DNA of 64,000 bases from the human T2T-CHM13v2.0 reference genome, Homo sapiens (GCF_009914755.1 NC_060932.1), one strand, 5' to 3'; positions 27,304 through 41,869 are shown, counted from the stretch's first letter. Notes: generated from the sequence alone by a model not told the origin. Numbers and translations are program-made.

Positions 27304-30300
27304 GTTTTTTTTCTTTATTTCTTCTAAAAAAAAAAAACTGGGATACATGTGCAGACCATGCAGGTTTGTTACATAGGTATACGGGTGCCATGGTGGTTTG
27401 CCGCCCCTATTGATCCATCCTATAAGTCCCCTCCCCTCATCCCCTATCCCCCAGCAGGTTCTGGCATGTAATGTTCCCCTTTCTGTGTCCATGTGTTCTC
27501 AACGTTCAACTCCCACTTATGAGTGAGAACATGTGGTGTTTGGTTTTCTGTTCCCGTGCTGGTTTGCTGAGGATGATGGCTTCTAGCTTTACACAAGTGC
27601 CTGCAAAGGACATGATCTCATTCATTTTTTATGGCTGCATAGTATTCCATGGTGTATATGTACCATATTTTCTTTATCCATTCTATCATTGATGGGCATT
27701 TTGGTTGGTTCCATGTCTTTGCTATTGTAAATAGTGCTACAATAAACATACGTGTGCATGTGTCTTTATAGTAGAATGATTTATAATCCTTTGGGTATAT
27801 ACCCAGTAATGGGATTGCTGGGTCAAATGGTATTTCTGGTTCTAGATCTTTGAGGAATAGCCACACTGTCTTCCAGAATGGTTGAACTAATTTACACTCC
27901 CAGCAACAGTGGAACGCTCACCAACAGTGTAAAAGCATTCCTATTTCTCCACAGCCTCACCAGCATCTATTGTTCCCTGACTTTTTAATAATCACCATTC
28001 TAAGTGGAGTGAGATTATCTCATTGTGGTTTTGATTTGCATTTCTCTGATGATCAGTGATGTTGAGCTTTTCTTCATATGTTTGTTGGCCACATAAATGT
28101 CTTCTTTTGAGAAGCATCTGTTCATATCCTTTGCCCACTTTTTGATGGGGTTGTTGGTCTTTTTCTTGTAAATTTGTTTAAGTTCCTTGTAAATTCTGGA
28201 TATTAGACCTTTGTCAGATGGGTCGATTGCAAAATTTTGGTCCCATTCTGTTGGTTGCCTGTTCACTCTGATAATAATTTCTTTTGCTGTGCTTCTAGAA
28301 GCTCTTTAGTTTAATTAGATCCTGTTTGTCAATTTTGCCTTTTGTTGCAGTAGCTTATGTCATTTTGTCATGAAATCTTTGCCCATGCCTATGTCCTGAA
28401 TAGTATTGCCTAGGTTTTCTTCTGGGGTTTTTATGGTTTTAAGTCTTACATTAAGTCTTTAATCCATCTTGAGTTAGTTTTTGTATAAGGTGTAAGGAAG
28501 GGGTCCAGTTTCAGTGTTCTGCATATGGCTAGCCAGTTCTCCCAGCACCATTTACTGAATAGGAGATCTTGCCCCATTGCTTGTTTTTTTCAGGTTTGTC
28601 AAAGATCAGATGGTTGTAGATGTGTGGTATTATTTCTGAGGCCTCTGTTCTGCTCCATTGGTCTATCTGTCTGTTTTGGTACCAGTACAATGCTGTTTTG
28701 ATTACTGTGTCCTTGTAGTATAGTTTGAAGTCAGGTAGCATGATGCCTGTAGCTTTGTTCTTTTTGCTTAGGATTGTCTTGGCTGTACAGGGTCTTCTGT
28801 GATTCCATATGAAATTTAAAATAGTTTTTTTTTATTTCTGTGAAGAATGTCAATGGTAGTTTGATGGGAATAGCATCAAATCTATAAATTACTTTGGGCA
28901 GTATGGCCATTTTCATGATATTGATTCTTCCTATTCATGAGGATGGAATGTTTTTCCGTTTGTTTGTGTCCTCTCTTATTTCCTTGAACAATGGTTTGTA
29001 GTTCTCCTTGAAGAGGGCTTTCATGTCCCTTGTAAGTTGTATTCCAAGGTATTTTATTTTCTTTGTAGCAATTGTGAATGGGAGTTCACTCATGATTTGG
29101 TTCTCTGCTTGTCTATTATTGGTGTATAGGAATGCTTGTGATTTTTGCACATTGATTTTGTATCCTGAGACTGCTGAAGTTGCTTATCAGTTCAAGAAGT
29201 TGGGCTGAGATGATGGGGTTTTCTAAATATAAAATCATGTCTTCTGCAAACAGAAACAACTTGACTTCCTCTCTTCCTATTTGAATACCCTTTATTTTTT
29301 TCTCTTGCCTGATTGCCCTGGCCAGAACTTCCAATACTATGTTGAATAGGAGGGGTGAGAGAAGGCATCCTTGTCTTGTACCAGTTTTCAAAGGGAATGC
29401 TTCCAGCTCTTGCCCATTCAATATGATATTTGCTGTGGATTTGTCTTATTATTTTTAGATATGTTCCATCAATACCTAGTTTATTGAAAATTTTTAACAT
29501 GAAGGATATTGAATTTTATCAAAGGCCTTTTCTGCATATATTGAGATAATCATGTGTTTTTTGTCATTGGTTCTGTTTATGTGATGGATTACATTTATTG
29601 ATTTGTTATGTTGAACCAGCCTTGCATCCCAGGAATGAAGCTGACTTGATCGTGGTGGATAAATTTTTTGATGTCCTATTGGATTCAGTTTGCCAGTGTT
29701 TTACTGAGGATTTTCGCATCCATGTTCATCAGTTTTCTTTTTTTGTTGTGTCTCTTCCCTGTTTTGGTATCAGGATGATGCTGGCTTCATAAAATGAGCG
29801 AGGAGTCCCTCCTTTTGAATTATTTGGAATAGTTTCAGAAGGAATGGTACCAGCTCCTTTGTATTTATGGTAGAATTCAGCTGTGAATCCATCTGGTCCT
29901 GGACTTTTTTTTTGCCAGTAGACTATTAATTACTGCTTCAATTTCAGAACTTGCTATTGGTCTATTCAGGGATTCGACTTCTTTCTGGTTTAGTCTTAGT
30001 AGGGTGTGTATGTTCAGGAATTTATTCATTTCTTCTAGATTTTCTAGTTTATTTGCATAGAGGTATTTATAGTATTCTCTGATGGTAGTTTGTATTTCTG
30101 TGGGGTCAGTGGTGATATCCCCTTTATCGTTTTTATTGTGTCTATTTGATTCTTCTCTCTCTTCTTCATTAGTCTAGCTAGCAGTCTATTTGTTTTTTTA
30201 ATTTTTTCAAAAAACCAGCTCCTGGATTCATTTATTTTTTGGAGGGTTTTTCATGTCTCTAATTCCTTCAATTCTGCTCTGATCTTAGTTTTTTCTTGTC

Positions 30301-32570
30301 TTATGCTAGCTTTTGGATTAGTTTGCTCTTGCTTCTCTAGCTCTTTTACTTGTGATGTTAGGATGCTGATTTGAGATCTTTCCAGCTTTCTGGTGTGGGC
30401 ATTTAGTGTTATAAATTTCCCTCTTAACACTGCTTTAGCTGTGTCCCAGAGATTCTGGTACATTGTCTCCTCATTCTCATTGGTTTCAAAGAACTGAAGG
30501 GCTTCCCTTTGTAAGGTGCCCTGACCTTTCTCTATGGCTGCCCTTAACAGTTTTTCCTTTGACCTTGGAGAATCTGATGATTATGTGTCTTTGGGTTAAT
30601 CTTCTCATGGTGTATCCAATGGTTTTCTCTGTATTTGCTGAATTTGCAAGTTGGCCTGTCTTGCTAGGTTGGGGAAGTTCTCCTGGATAATATTCTGCAG
30701 TGTGTTTCCCAGCTTGTTTCTATTCTCCCTGTCTCCTTCTGGTACTCCAATCAATCGTAGGTTCGGTCTTTTAAAGAAATCTCATATTTCTTGGAGGCTT
30801 TGTTCATTCCTTTTTATTCTTTTTTTCTCTGTTCTTGCCTGCATGTCTTATTTCAGTAAGGTGGTCTTCAGACTCTGATATCCTTTCTTCTGCTTGGTTG
30901 ATTTGGCTGTTGATACTTGTGTATGCTTTAAGAAGTTCTTGTGCTGTGTTTTTTTAGCTCCATCAGGTCCTTTATGTTCCTCTGTAAACTGGTTATTCTA
31001 GCTAGTAATTACTCTAACCTTTTATCAAGGTTCTTAGCTTCTTTGCATTGGGTTAGAACATGCTTGTTTAGCTCATTGTTGTTTTTTTATTACCCATCTT
31101 CTGAAGTCTACTTCTGTCAGTTCGTCTATCTGATCCTCCGTCTAGTTCTGTGCCCTTGATGGAGAGATGTTGCAATCATTTGAAGGAGAAGGCATACTCT
31201 GGCCTTTTGGGTTTTCAGCATTTTTTCATCAATTCTCATCTTCATGAGTTTGTCTAGTTTCAATCTTTGAGGCTGCTGATCCTTGGATGGGGTTTTTTTG
31301 TGGGGACTTACTGTTGTTGTTGATGCTGTTGTGGTCACTTTCTGCATGTTTGTTTTCTTTCAATAGTCAGGACCCTCTTCTGTAGGGCTGCTGCAGTTGG
31401 CTGGGGGTTCACTTCAGGCCTTATTCATCTGATTTGCTCCCATGCCTGGAGATGTCACTCAAGGAGGCTGGACAGCAGCAAAGATGGGTGTCTCCTCCTT
31501 CTTCTGGGACCTCTGACCTTGAGAGGCCCCAACCCCTGATGCCAGTAGGATTGCTCCTGTATAGGGTGTCTGACAAACCCTGTTGGAAGGTCTCACCCAG
31601 TTGGGTGGCACAGGGAGCAGGACTAATTTAACAAAGCACTTTGTCCCTTGGTGGAGAGGGTGTGTTGTGCTGGGGGGAAACCCACTTCTCTAGGTTGCCT
31701 GGATTCCTCAGAACGACCAGGAGGAGAGGCTAAGTCTGCTGGTCCTTAGAGACTGCAGCCACCCCTCCCGAGGAGCTCAGGCCCAGGGAGATCTGAATTC
31801 TGTCCCTGAGCCTCTGGCTGGAGTTATTGGAGATCCTGCAGGGAAGCCCTACCCACTGAAGGATGGGTCAGGGTTAGACCTGAAGAGGCACTCTGGCCAC
31901 CGACTGACACAGCCAATGCGTTGGGCTGTGGGGACAAGAATTGGGACCAAGCCATCCAGCCTCCCTGGCCCCAGCAGGGGAAAAAGCGCAGCCTGGAGCT
32001 ATAGAAATGGGTGCCGCCTTTCCCTTGCCTAGGGAGCTTTGCGTGTTAGGCAGTTGTGAGTCCCAGTGCTGGCTGCTGCCTCTTCCCCAAGGAGCTCAAA
32101 TGGCTTAGACAGCAGGCAGTGGCAGCAGGTGCTGGTTGCTCCTCCTTCTGGGAGTTCATTAGGCTTGAACAGATTCCAGCTGAGAGGCTATAAGAATCTG
32201 CGAGTTCTGGGGTTGGGATGCTAGATCCCAGTGGCATGGGTTTGCAAGTGGGATCTTCTGATCTGTGGGTTGCACAGTTCCGTGGAAAAAGCACAGTTTC
32301 CCCAGCTGAGTAGCATGCTCACTCACTGCCTCCCTTCTCTGGTGGGAGGGGATTGCCCTTCCCTGTGTGGCTATCAGGTGGGCTGCTGCAGCACACTGCT
32401 CTTCCTTCTCTCGTGGGTCTTGCCAGCCTTCTAGTCAATTTTGATGAGGGAACCTGGATACCTTGGTTGCCGGTGAAGGATTCACATGCTTATTATGATT
32501 TTTTTTTTTTTTTTTTGATGGGAGCTTCTGAACAATGCTGCTTCTAGTAAGCCATCTTGGCCCTGCCCCC
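27304..32570 (-). mobile_element. LINE-1, L1PA8/8A-like. Both ends present, ~1.15 kb internal deletion, ORFs degraded
   Basis: 3' UTR and poly(A) at ~27300-27350. Fragmented ORF2 peptides. 5' end GGGGGCAGGGCCAAGATGGC at 32570. TSD T(GA/AG)AAAAGTGTTTTT at 27289-27303 and 32571-32585. Confidence 0.92.
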
Positions 32571-32579
32571 TAGAAAAGT

Positions 32580-32580
<1 letters not shown>

Positions 32581-32611
<31 letters not shown>
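32581..32611. repeat. poly(T) tract of about 31 nt
   Basis: Seen directly; abuts the L1 TSD. Confidence 0.95.
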
Positions 32612-32614
<3 letters not shown>

Positions 32615-35600
32615 ATTTTAACCCCATGATCTCAGCTACAATGTATTTGCTGTCTTGGTTGTGGGGAGAAAATTTTATCCATCCATCTATCTCAGGTGAC
32701 ACAAAAGAAAATGTTGGCTCCCTAACTTCTCCTTTCTACTCCTGTCCTTGTCAGATTCCAAGGTACTGCAACCTGGTTTCTGTTCCTCCATGTCATGGCA
32801 ACTGGCATTTCAGAGGTCATCAGTGACTTACTCCCAGTCCAGCTGCTCCTCCTCTGGCTGGTACTCCATGGAAGGTTGGGCTTAATTGGCTGTCTCCTGC
32901 CTCTTGGAACTACATCCCTGAGGTCCATTCCTTTTCCCCATCCCTTTAACAGAATCCTCTTCTGTATTTCTCTCAAAACCATGTGTTGCAGAGGATTCTC
33001 TACTCAGTCTCATTTTCTTCTCTTTGAGTGCTTTTTCTTTATCAAATGAATCTCTACTCTCACCAGTTTCATTTAGCTTCATTTACCACACCTCGGTGGG
33101 TAGTATCTAAATCTGTTTCTCCATTTTAACCTATGTTTCCAAGCTTCTCAATTTCAAGACATCTAAAATAGAACCTCAAATGACTTCCAGACATTTATTT
33201 TCTAACAGTGGTAGTCCTGAAAATAACCTAGACAACAAGGAACATGCAAAGAGGTATTTTCTGAAGAAAAACTAATGAGAGTTTCTAATGTTATTTTGGA
33301 GATTTTAGAAGCTTTATTAAATGAAAAAATGGAGTCCAGCTTCATTTAAAATTTTCTCAGTAATCTCCACTAATAAATACGTTAAGGATGAAAACAATGG
33401 TTTTTAACATGAAAGTCTTAAAAAAGCTAATATATAATAATGGCTTCTTATGATTACCTCTTCTTCACAAATTGTTCTTTTCCCATTTATTCACTTATTA
33501 GATAAATATTAATGAGGAGCTACTATCTACCAGGCACTGTTCTAATGATATGGCATGAACAAAACTGGCAGGGCCCTTGCTTTCATGAAACTTACTTGCT
33601 AATGTAGGGAGACAAACAATAAACAATGGGCTAACAATATAATGATAAGTACTTTGGTGAAGTAAAAGGGGATCCAGAAGATAGAGAATTATGGGAATAC
33701 TTTTTATGGAGGGCCTGAATCAGACAAGGTAGTATTTGATCAGAGATCTGAAGCAAGTGAATGAGTGAGTCCTATGGATATAATGGATAGGAACCAGTTG
33801 AATATTTGAAAAGCTGAAAGCTTAGGCTAAATGTGTGCTAAAAAAATTCATGACTCTGATGTCAGGAAATTTACTGTTACTGGTTGCATGGTCATATATC
33901 AAGTGTTACCATAGTAACCAGATTCTGGAAGAATGCATCTGCTTCTGCCCTGTGGGGTCAACTAATGTTCTGAATCACTGATTAATTAAATTAGAAACTT
34001 AATCAATCTCACTCCACATATACATGTATGTGTATGTGTTTGAGAATGTGGTTATCTTGTCAATCTGTAATCCATCTGAAACTCTCTTTTTGGGATCTGG
34101 AACTGCAAAATATTTTCTAACAATTACAACCAACTTTCTTTTATTCTGATGAAGTTAAAGCAACTGGAGAAATAACTTCTTGTGAATTATCTAGCTTCAA
34201 TTTTTCTCCTGTTTTGTCTCTTCTGTGGCTGGCCTTTGGAATTTTTGTTTTTCACTCACATTTGCCTCAGAGAATAAAAAAGAGAAACTCAAGTTTCTTT
34301 CACTGTTTGTTATAAACTCTTAACATCTATGTTGTGGGGGAGTAGTTTCAAACAGAAGAATATATATTATTTTAGGATTATTAATGAATTCTATTTATGT
34401 CCTCAGTTATTAAGAGTAATTCAAATGTGGTCTCTGATTCTTTATATTTGTGTATCTTATTTGTAAATGCAATCCAAATTGATTTTCTCCATTTAATTAC
34501 TCAATATTACGAACAACTTTTCACAATGGTATTAGTTGGATTCAGTGGATAAAGAGTTGCTACATCTAGCTAAAGTATTGATATTATTTTTCTATAATCA
34601 AAGCAATAAACCATTATGTATATTAGCTATTTTAGGACTTTTATGTTAAAAAGCATTGTTTTCTTTCTTAACATATTTATTAATGGAGATTACCAAGAAA
34701 GTTTTTAATGAAGCTGGACTTAATTTTTTTATTTTGAAGCTTCTTACATCTCCAGAATAACATTTGAAACTCTCGTTGGTATTTCTTCATAAAATATCTC
34801 TGCATGTTCCTTCTTGTCTAAGTTATTTTCTAGACTGCAGCTATTAGAAAATAAGTGGCTGGAAGTCACTTGCTCTTGCTAAAGAACTGTTTTCCCTCGT
34901 GGCCTTGAGAATGTCCCTAGGCAGCTTAAGATGCAAATTTACTGCTGGTACTTTGGGAGCCTTCTGTAGGCCACAAGGCTCCAAATGGCATGAAGCCTCC
35001 TGATCTGAAGTCCAAAAGGGATCTGGAGACTCATAGAGCAGCCATGGCACACCAGAATTAAAGAAGGGACTTTTAAAAGGTCCTTGTCTCATTAGAGTCA
35101 GTGCCCTGAGGGGCCAGAGAAATCACCTGAGGTGATGGGAGACATGTGCCTTGTTTCTAGATGCATGGTTGGAGTGAGTGAAGATGGTTAATACGACAGC
35201 ACGGTAGTAAACATAGGTGTTGGCGAGTGAGGAAATGAGCTATGAAAACTAAAAGAGCAAGCCTGCTTTAGAAGGTGGGATGCGGAAGGCAAAGGATATA
35301 TAATCATAGATTCAGGCCATCCACGGGCAGCTGAGAGTTCTGACACATTCAAAGGTAAGTGTTTGGGCCTTAAGAAGTGAGATGGGGCTTATTAATATCA
35401 CTGCAGACTAAAGGTGAGCAAGCTGGTCAGCATTAAGCCTGGATCATGAGTTTCAGGCAGACAGCCTGGGGCAGGGGCTGCATGGGCCAGGAGCTTCACA
35501 ACGGCCACTTTATGGGAAGTTACTGGCTTTTATTCTTGTAAGTAATTTGATACATATTTGGAGAGAGAGGAAGAAAGTGAGTGTATTGGAAAGTAGGGAA

Positions 35601-35999
35601 GCTGGATCACGGCCATCACTCCCCTAGTAAAATTAGAAAAAGCCTCCAGTCACTTTAATTATAACTAAAGCCTGTGATTTCTTTCTGGTGTGACTGAAGA
35701 AACCAGGGGTTTCTTGTGGTTTATTATTTTATCTTTCCAAATAGAGGACAAAAAAGTGCGTTTAAAATGTTTTAAAACCGACCAATTAAAATGCCTCATT
35801 CAAGTAACATTGGTTTGAAAAAGAAAGTACTACTTCAAAGAATAAAATATCCATATCTCACCAAAAGATTTTCATTTTATGTTTCTAAGTGCTCATCCAA
35901 CAAATATTTATTGCTACTTCTCATAAGGAAGACATTATCCAAACTTAGGAGTGGACGGACAAAGCCTCAGAGAGCTTTTTTCTGTCCTTAGCACAATGA

Positions 36000-37650
36000 C
36001 CAGAAAGGGATTCCTTTAAAATGTCAGACCAAGCTCTTCCCTGCTCGAATCCTGCCAGTCTCTCTCTCCATATGTTATTTCCTCTGTCTGGATCACTGTT
36101 CCCTCAGATGTTCTGGCTCATTTCCCCACAACCTTTAGGAAGTCCCTCCCTGGCCACCCTATTTAAAGTTATGATGCCAACCCCAACATGCACAAAGGCC
36201 TTTCCCTTATCTTTCTCCCTCATCACCTTCTATTTCACTCTACTGTTTACTTACTCATTTATTTATTGTCTGTCTTGCTCCACTATAGTGTAAATTCCAT
36301 GAGGGCAGGGCATGAATTTTTCCCTCTAACATTTTATTATGAAAATTCTCAAACATAAAGAAAAGTTGGAAGAACTTTGCAATGAACACCCATATACTCA
36401 TCACCTAGATTCTAAAATTAACATTTACTATATTTGCCTTATTAAATATCTATTTATTCCTCTATTCAGTCATCAGTCTATCTTATTTTTTATGCATTTT
36501 GACGTAAGTTGTAAACATCAGTATATTTCCCTTCTAGCATTTCAGTGTGCATATCACTAACTAGAGTTAAATACTTATCTTTTTATCTTTTTTACATGAA
36601 CATTCTTATACACAAATTTACAAGACTTTGGCAAATACATTCCCAAACCTTTATAAAGATATGGAGCATTGCCACCACCCCAAAAAATGTTCTCATGTCC
36701 CTTCCCTGTAAGGTTGCTGGATTTTACAAATAAAAATATAGAATGCCCTGGTAAATATGAATGTTAGCAAACAATGGATACCCGTTTATATAGTAATGTC
36801 ATAAACATTGCACAGGGCACATTTGTACTAAAAAATTCGTTTATCTGAAATTCAAAATTAATCTGGCAACGCTGCTTTCTGGTAAATTCCATGCTGCCCC
36901 TTCACCCCCGGCAAACAACCATTTTTCTGATATTTTTTTCCACCATAGATTTTTGCCTGTTGTAGAACTTCCTATAAAAGGAATCATACAATATGTATTC
37001 TTTTCTGCAAGGCTTTTTTTTCACTTAGTATAATGGTTTCAAGATTCATCCATATTGTTGCATATATCACGAGTGTGTTCCTTTTTGTTACTGAATAGTA
37101 TTCCATAACGTAACTGTAATACACTTTGCTCATCCATTCTCCAATTTGGGCTTGTCCAATTTTTGTTTAATATGAGTAAGCTGCTATGAACCAAAGCATA
37201 CATAGAAACATTGGTTAGCTGCCAGTTATGTTCTAGACAAAGTCCAAACTCCTTGACATCTCTCACAGGCACTTTGTGGTTTAGCTTTTCTTACCTCTTC
37301 TCTGGTCTCACCTCTTGCCACTCTTTCCTTAGGCTCACTTTCCTCCCAACTGTCTTCCTTTCAGTGCTCTGAAGCTCCCATGCTATTCCCACCTGGGGAC
37401 TTTCTCTATGCAATTCCCTCTAATCGGAAAACAGTTTCTCCCAGATGGTTCCTGGCACATTTTGGTCCTATTCCTGTATTTACCACAGTGGGACCAGAAG
37501 CAAGTTTTCTCACTTCTCAGGACCTCTATCAGTGACCTCTCTACCTGTAACATAAAAAATAGTCCCTTTTCAGGGGGTTACTATAAAGATTAAATGAATC
37601 AATTTATGAAAAGCACATAGCCTAGCATCACAGTATGTGTTCAGTCAATG
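36000..37650. mobile_element. Nested old repeats: L2 fragments interrupted by an antisense L1M(C/E) 3' fragment (~36320-37200)
   Basis: L2-like TAAATTCCATGAGGGCAGGG and TCCAAACTCCTTGAC. L1M-like GGAATCATACAATATGTATTC...AGATTCATCCATATTGTTGCATATATC. Confidence 0.6.
36710..36873. mobile_element. MER53 hAT MITE
   Basis: AGGTTGCTGGATTTTACAAATAAAAATATAG...TTATCTGAAATTCAAA...ATCTGGCAAC. Confidence 0.7.
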
Positions 37651-38471
37651 TTTGTAATAGATGTCATGGAGGACCTTGAATTTCTAGAAGCTTATGCTTT
37701 ATGTATACTGAATACTACGGAACAGGGAATGGCTAAAAGTGATGGCAACAACACGGAAGATGAATTAAGAGGGTATAATCAAGCAAGGAGGAAAAAGACC
37801 AAATTGAATTTATAAGACTAGTCTGCATGAGTACACTAAATGACAGTTGAGTTTATGGCAGGGGGAACTGACCATGAGATAGATTTAGAAGACCTTTATT
37901 TTAGAGAGAGAATCAACTTACTATGCATCAAAGAGCAAAGTGGGTGGAGACATGAATAGCTGGAAACTTTCCATCTTATCTGGGTTTTATCTGGGTATTT
38001 ATAAGAATGTGGGTGCCAAGTAGCAAGGTAAGAGATTTGGAAAGGGGGCCTGGATATGGTAGAAAAGGATGAGTTTGATTTTATGATAGACGTGGGAAAT
38101 TAAGGATGCTAACTGGACATTAGTGGAAATGCTCAGCAGGCCATTGGAAAGAAAAATATAAGCAAAGGCATGGATTCTGATGAGGAATGAATTATATCCT
38201 TATATCATCAGATGACTATGATTTCATTGCTGTTCTACAAATTTAAGTCCTGTTTTAGACTAGTCTTATATGGAGTTTTAACAAGTGAACAATTAACTTA
38301 TTTCCTTAGATGTTGTAGTCTCAGATAGCAAAAATACAGGGACATGTACAGAAGGCTCTTGTAATGGCGAGAAGGCCAAAATCACACACGGGGAGCCTGT
38401 TGCAAAGTCAGAAGGCACACTCTTGGAAAGGGACCACTTAATAAGGTCTGGCTGTGTCAGCGATGAAATAC

Positions 38472-38540
38472 TTTTCTTTTCCTTTCTTTCCTTTTCTTTT
38501 CTTTTTTCTTTTTCTTTTCTTTTCTTTTCTTTTTCTGTTT
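38472..38540. repeat. (CTTTT)n-type pyrimidine simple repeat
   Basis: Seen directly. Confidence 0.9.
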
Positions 38541-38703
38541 CTTCTGAAGGATTAAGAGTCTGACACTTTGAATCACTGTGTTTCAACTTGCAGCTTCTGG
38601 TGGATTATTTTAAATTCTAAAACTGTAAGAAAAAAAATGGAGCCAGTAGGTTTGGTTTCTGATCTCCAGGCAGGAGGCAAATACTGTATGACATAGGGAA
38701 CTC

Positions 38704-38741
38704 TGTGTGTATGTGTGTATGTGTGTGTATGTGTGTGTGTG
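38704..38741. repeat. (TG)n/(TGTGTGTA)n microsatellite
   Basis: Seen directly. Confidence 0.9.
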
Positions 38742-40204
38742 CACATGTGAGCATTGTCTTTTTTCCCTGTTTTGTTTCTTTACCACGGCTAGGCAGGAAC
38801 TGGAGGTCAGAGAATTATCTGACATTACTACAATGGCTTTTCCTTTGATATAATAACAACTTCATAGTCATAGTGATGGGTCTTTGTGTCATTTTTTAGA
38901 ATAGTAGGTATATGAAATCTTCATCTATTATTTTGTATAATTTTGTTAGTGTGTAATATAACAAAGACTACCTAAGATTTTCAAGCTCACAAGTTCTTTT
39001 AGGACCAGAATGACTAATTAAGAAAAACAAAATGAATCTGAAATTAAGTTTTTCCTGAATGTATTTTTAAAGTACATATGCAATAAATAAAGGACTACTT
39101 TCCTGATAGAAATTTTCATGGAACTCAAGTCTTTCAATGTAAGCATTTTCAGATTTATTTCTAATCAAATACATTTATTTCTAACCAAAATATGCTATTT
39201 TTATTTCCCATAATATAGGGTCTGTATTATGAATGAGAATTCTAATACACTATGTTTTTAGAGCAATATTTAGAGAAACTCAGAGAATCTGTGATGAAAA
39301 GATATCAAGTATTTTACTGCTGATTCCACACTTCACTTTCCATGAAAGGGATACTTTATTGTTAAAAACAAAAAAAGTCCTTTTCCACTGCAACATACTA
39401 CGTTCCTTACAATATTAAGTATATTCCCTTTTATATTTTACCAGTAGATTTTCCAGGGCATGTGCCCCATAACCAGTGTTTTGGGTTGAACATGTCTTGC
39501 TGAATTTCAGAGGCATCTAAAAAAATCACATTGGTTTGATTTGGGGAAATCAGAGTGCCAGAATGCTTGAATAGGTGGCAAGGAGTGGGGAGACTTAGTG
39601 ATGATGTTTTCAGACATCATAAATTGGCCTATGTCATGGAGTTAGTGTTTGTTGACAGAACATCCACAAGGCTCAAAGCATTGTATAAAAGAATCAGGCA
39701 CTGCCTATGCCTAACAGGCTTGTAATACACCTCTATGAAGCTTCAATCTAAACAAAATGTTGCTTTTACTGGGGGAAAAGCATTTAGAGAATACAGATGA
39801 TTGAATGAGTTGATCTCTTGGGGCTCCTGTGATTCCAAGAAAGGCTATGCATTTGTGAAAGCTGGTGATTACTGACAAATTAAGACTTGACAATTCTAGC
39901 TAAGAATGTGCTTAATGTTCATCAGGAGAATTGAATTATATTGGGAATACTTCCAAGTTGGTGGAGAATGCCTTGGGTTTTCAAGATGCTGCCACAGTCC
40001 TGCTTGATTGTATTTAAATTGTGCTTTTTGATATCCTGGTGAGACCCTAATGAAAAAGAAACCATCAAACAGAGGATAATTTATTTCAGCCTAGTTAAGA
40101 TTCATTGGATTGAGGCTTGCAATAATGCAAAACAGGATAAGTGCAGAAGAGGAGAAGAGGAAACATCAGGAGAAAAAGCAGAGAAGTAGACAGCTTTTCC
40201 CTTA

Positions 40205-40579
<375 letters not shown>

Positions 40580-41679
40580 TCACCTTTCAGACAAATATGT
40601 TCTTGAAAGCTGAAAAGGTAAAGGCCCCAAGCAACTTGTCCCAAACTACACTAAAACTCTCAGCTACCTCTGTTTTAGTTCAATGTGTTTTATTTTCAGT
40701 TCACCTATGCTTTGGTCATAGAGTCCTCCAGAAAGCCAGAATTGCTACAACAATCTTTTGAATTTCCTTGTTGCTATAGACATGCTATTTTTAGACATGT
40801 GAATGAGTTACTGTCTTCCAGCCCCCAGAACAACCTTCCATTCTCTTTTACTGCCTTCACTCTGTCCTTGGGCTCCTCTCTTCTCCAAAAATCTTAAGGA
40901 TGATATTCTAATCTGGGTTTCCAGAAACATCTGCTTATTCCAAATTGATCGGGGCAGAGGTAGAAAACTGAAACAAGAATAGATTTAACACTGGTTTATG
41001 TGAATCTTGAAATAATTTTCCTAATCAACTTAGTTTAATTTCTTTTTCACTAGTATAATCCTCAATTCTCTGAAAGTTCTGGTATCTGTTTTTTTCATGC
41101 CCTTTGATGGATGACTACCATCTTTCTGTGTGTTAAATGTTGGTTAGGAATACATTTTGGAGCTCACGAGTTCTATAACTTAATTGGCTTTAAGCAAGTC
41201 TATTGGACATATCACAAACTTTTTAATTCTTTTCAAAATGTTAAAGCTGTTATTTTTCAGGGTGTCCCACCAAACCCTTCATTAATTAGTGTGTGCATTA
41301 GGAAACTCTTCTAGGTCTCTTAAGAAGTAGAGTAGTTGCCTACCAGTTAGCCATTACTAAAGCAATGACACATAGTCATTGTTATTGCATTCATTAAAAT
41401 TGGGTGGCCCTTCTGTTTTTTTTTTTTTAATAGAAGTGGGGCACAGAGACTTGGTAGTGAAAGACACCTGTCTTTGCCTTCTTTTCAGCTTCATAAAATA
41501 CTTGCTCCATTCTCAAGTCCCATAAGGGAATTCCGAAATTAAATGTTGAAGTATGTGATGCTGTTAAATAAAACAGACAAGCCCAAATGAAAACCCTATA
41601 TTTTTTTCAAATGGGAAAATTGAAAATAATCTTCTCATTCAATGAATAGGCTTGTCATTGTTGCAAAACAGTCATTGTT

Positions 41680-41869
41680 TCTTTCTCTTTCTCTCTCTCC
41701 TTCCTTCCTTCCTTCCTTCCCTCCCTCCCTACCTACCTACCTACCTACCTACCTACCTACTTCCTTCCTTCCTTCCTTCCTTCCTTCCTTCCTTCCTTCC
41801 CTTCTTCCCTCCTTCCTTTCTCTCTCTCTCTCTCTCTCTGTTTCTTTCTTTCTTTCTTTTTCTTTTTTT
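41680..41869. repeat. Compound microsatellite (CCTT)n(CCCT)n(CCTA)n(CCTT)n(CT)n(CTTT)n, the expanded tail of the adjacent Alu
   Basis: Seen directly; contiguous with the reverse Alu at 41870. Confidence 0.95.

Noticed and set aside
30251-30700. ORF1-ORF2 fusion created by the L1 internal deletion
   Set aside because: The junction is out of frame and both sides contain further stops and frameshifts.
39150-39192. 20-bp tandem duplication ATTTATTTCTAA(T/C)CAAA; similar one at 50620-50658
   Set aside because: These are ordinary slippage duplications in AT-rich DNA with no sign of function.
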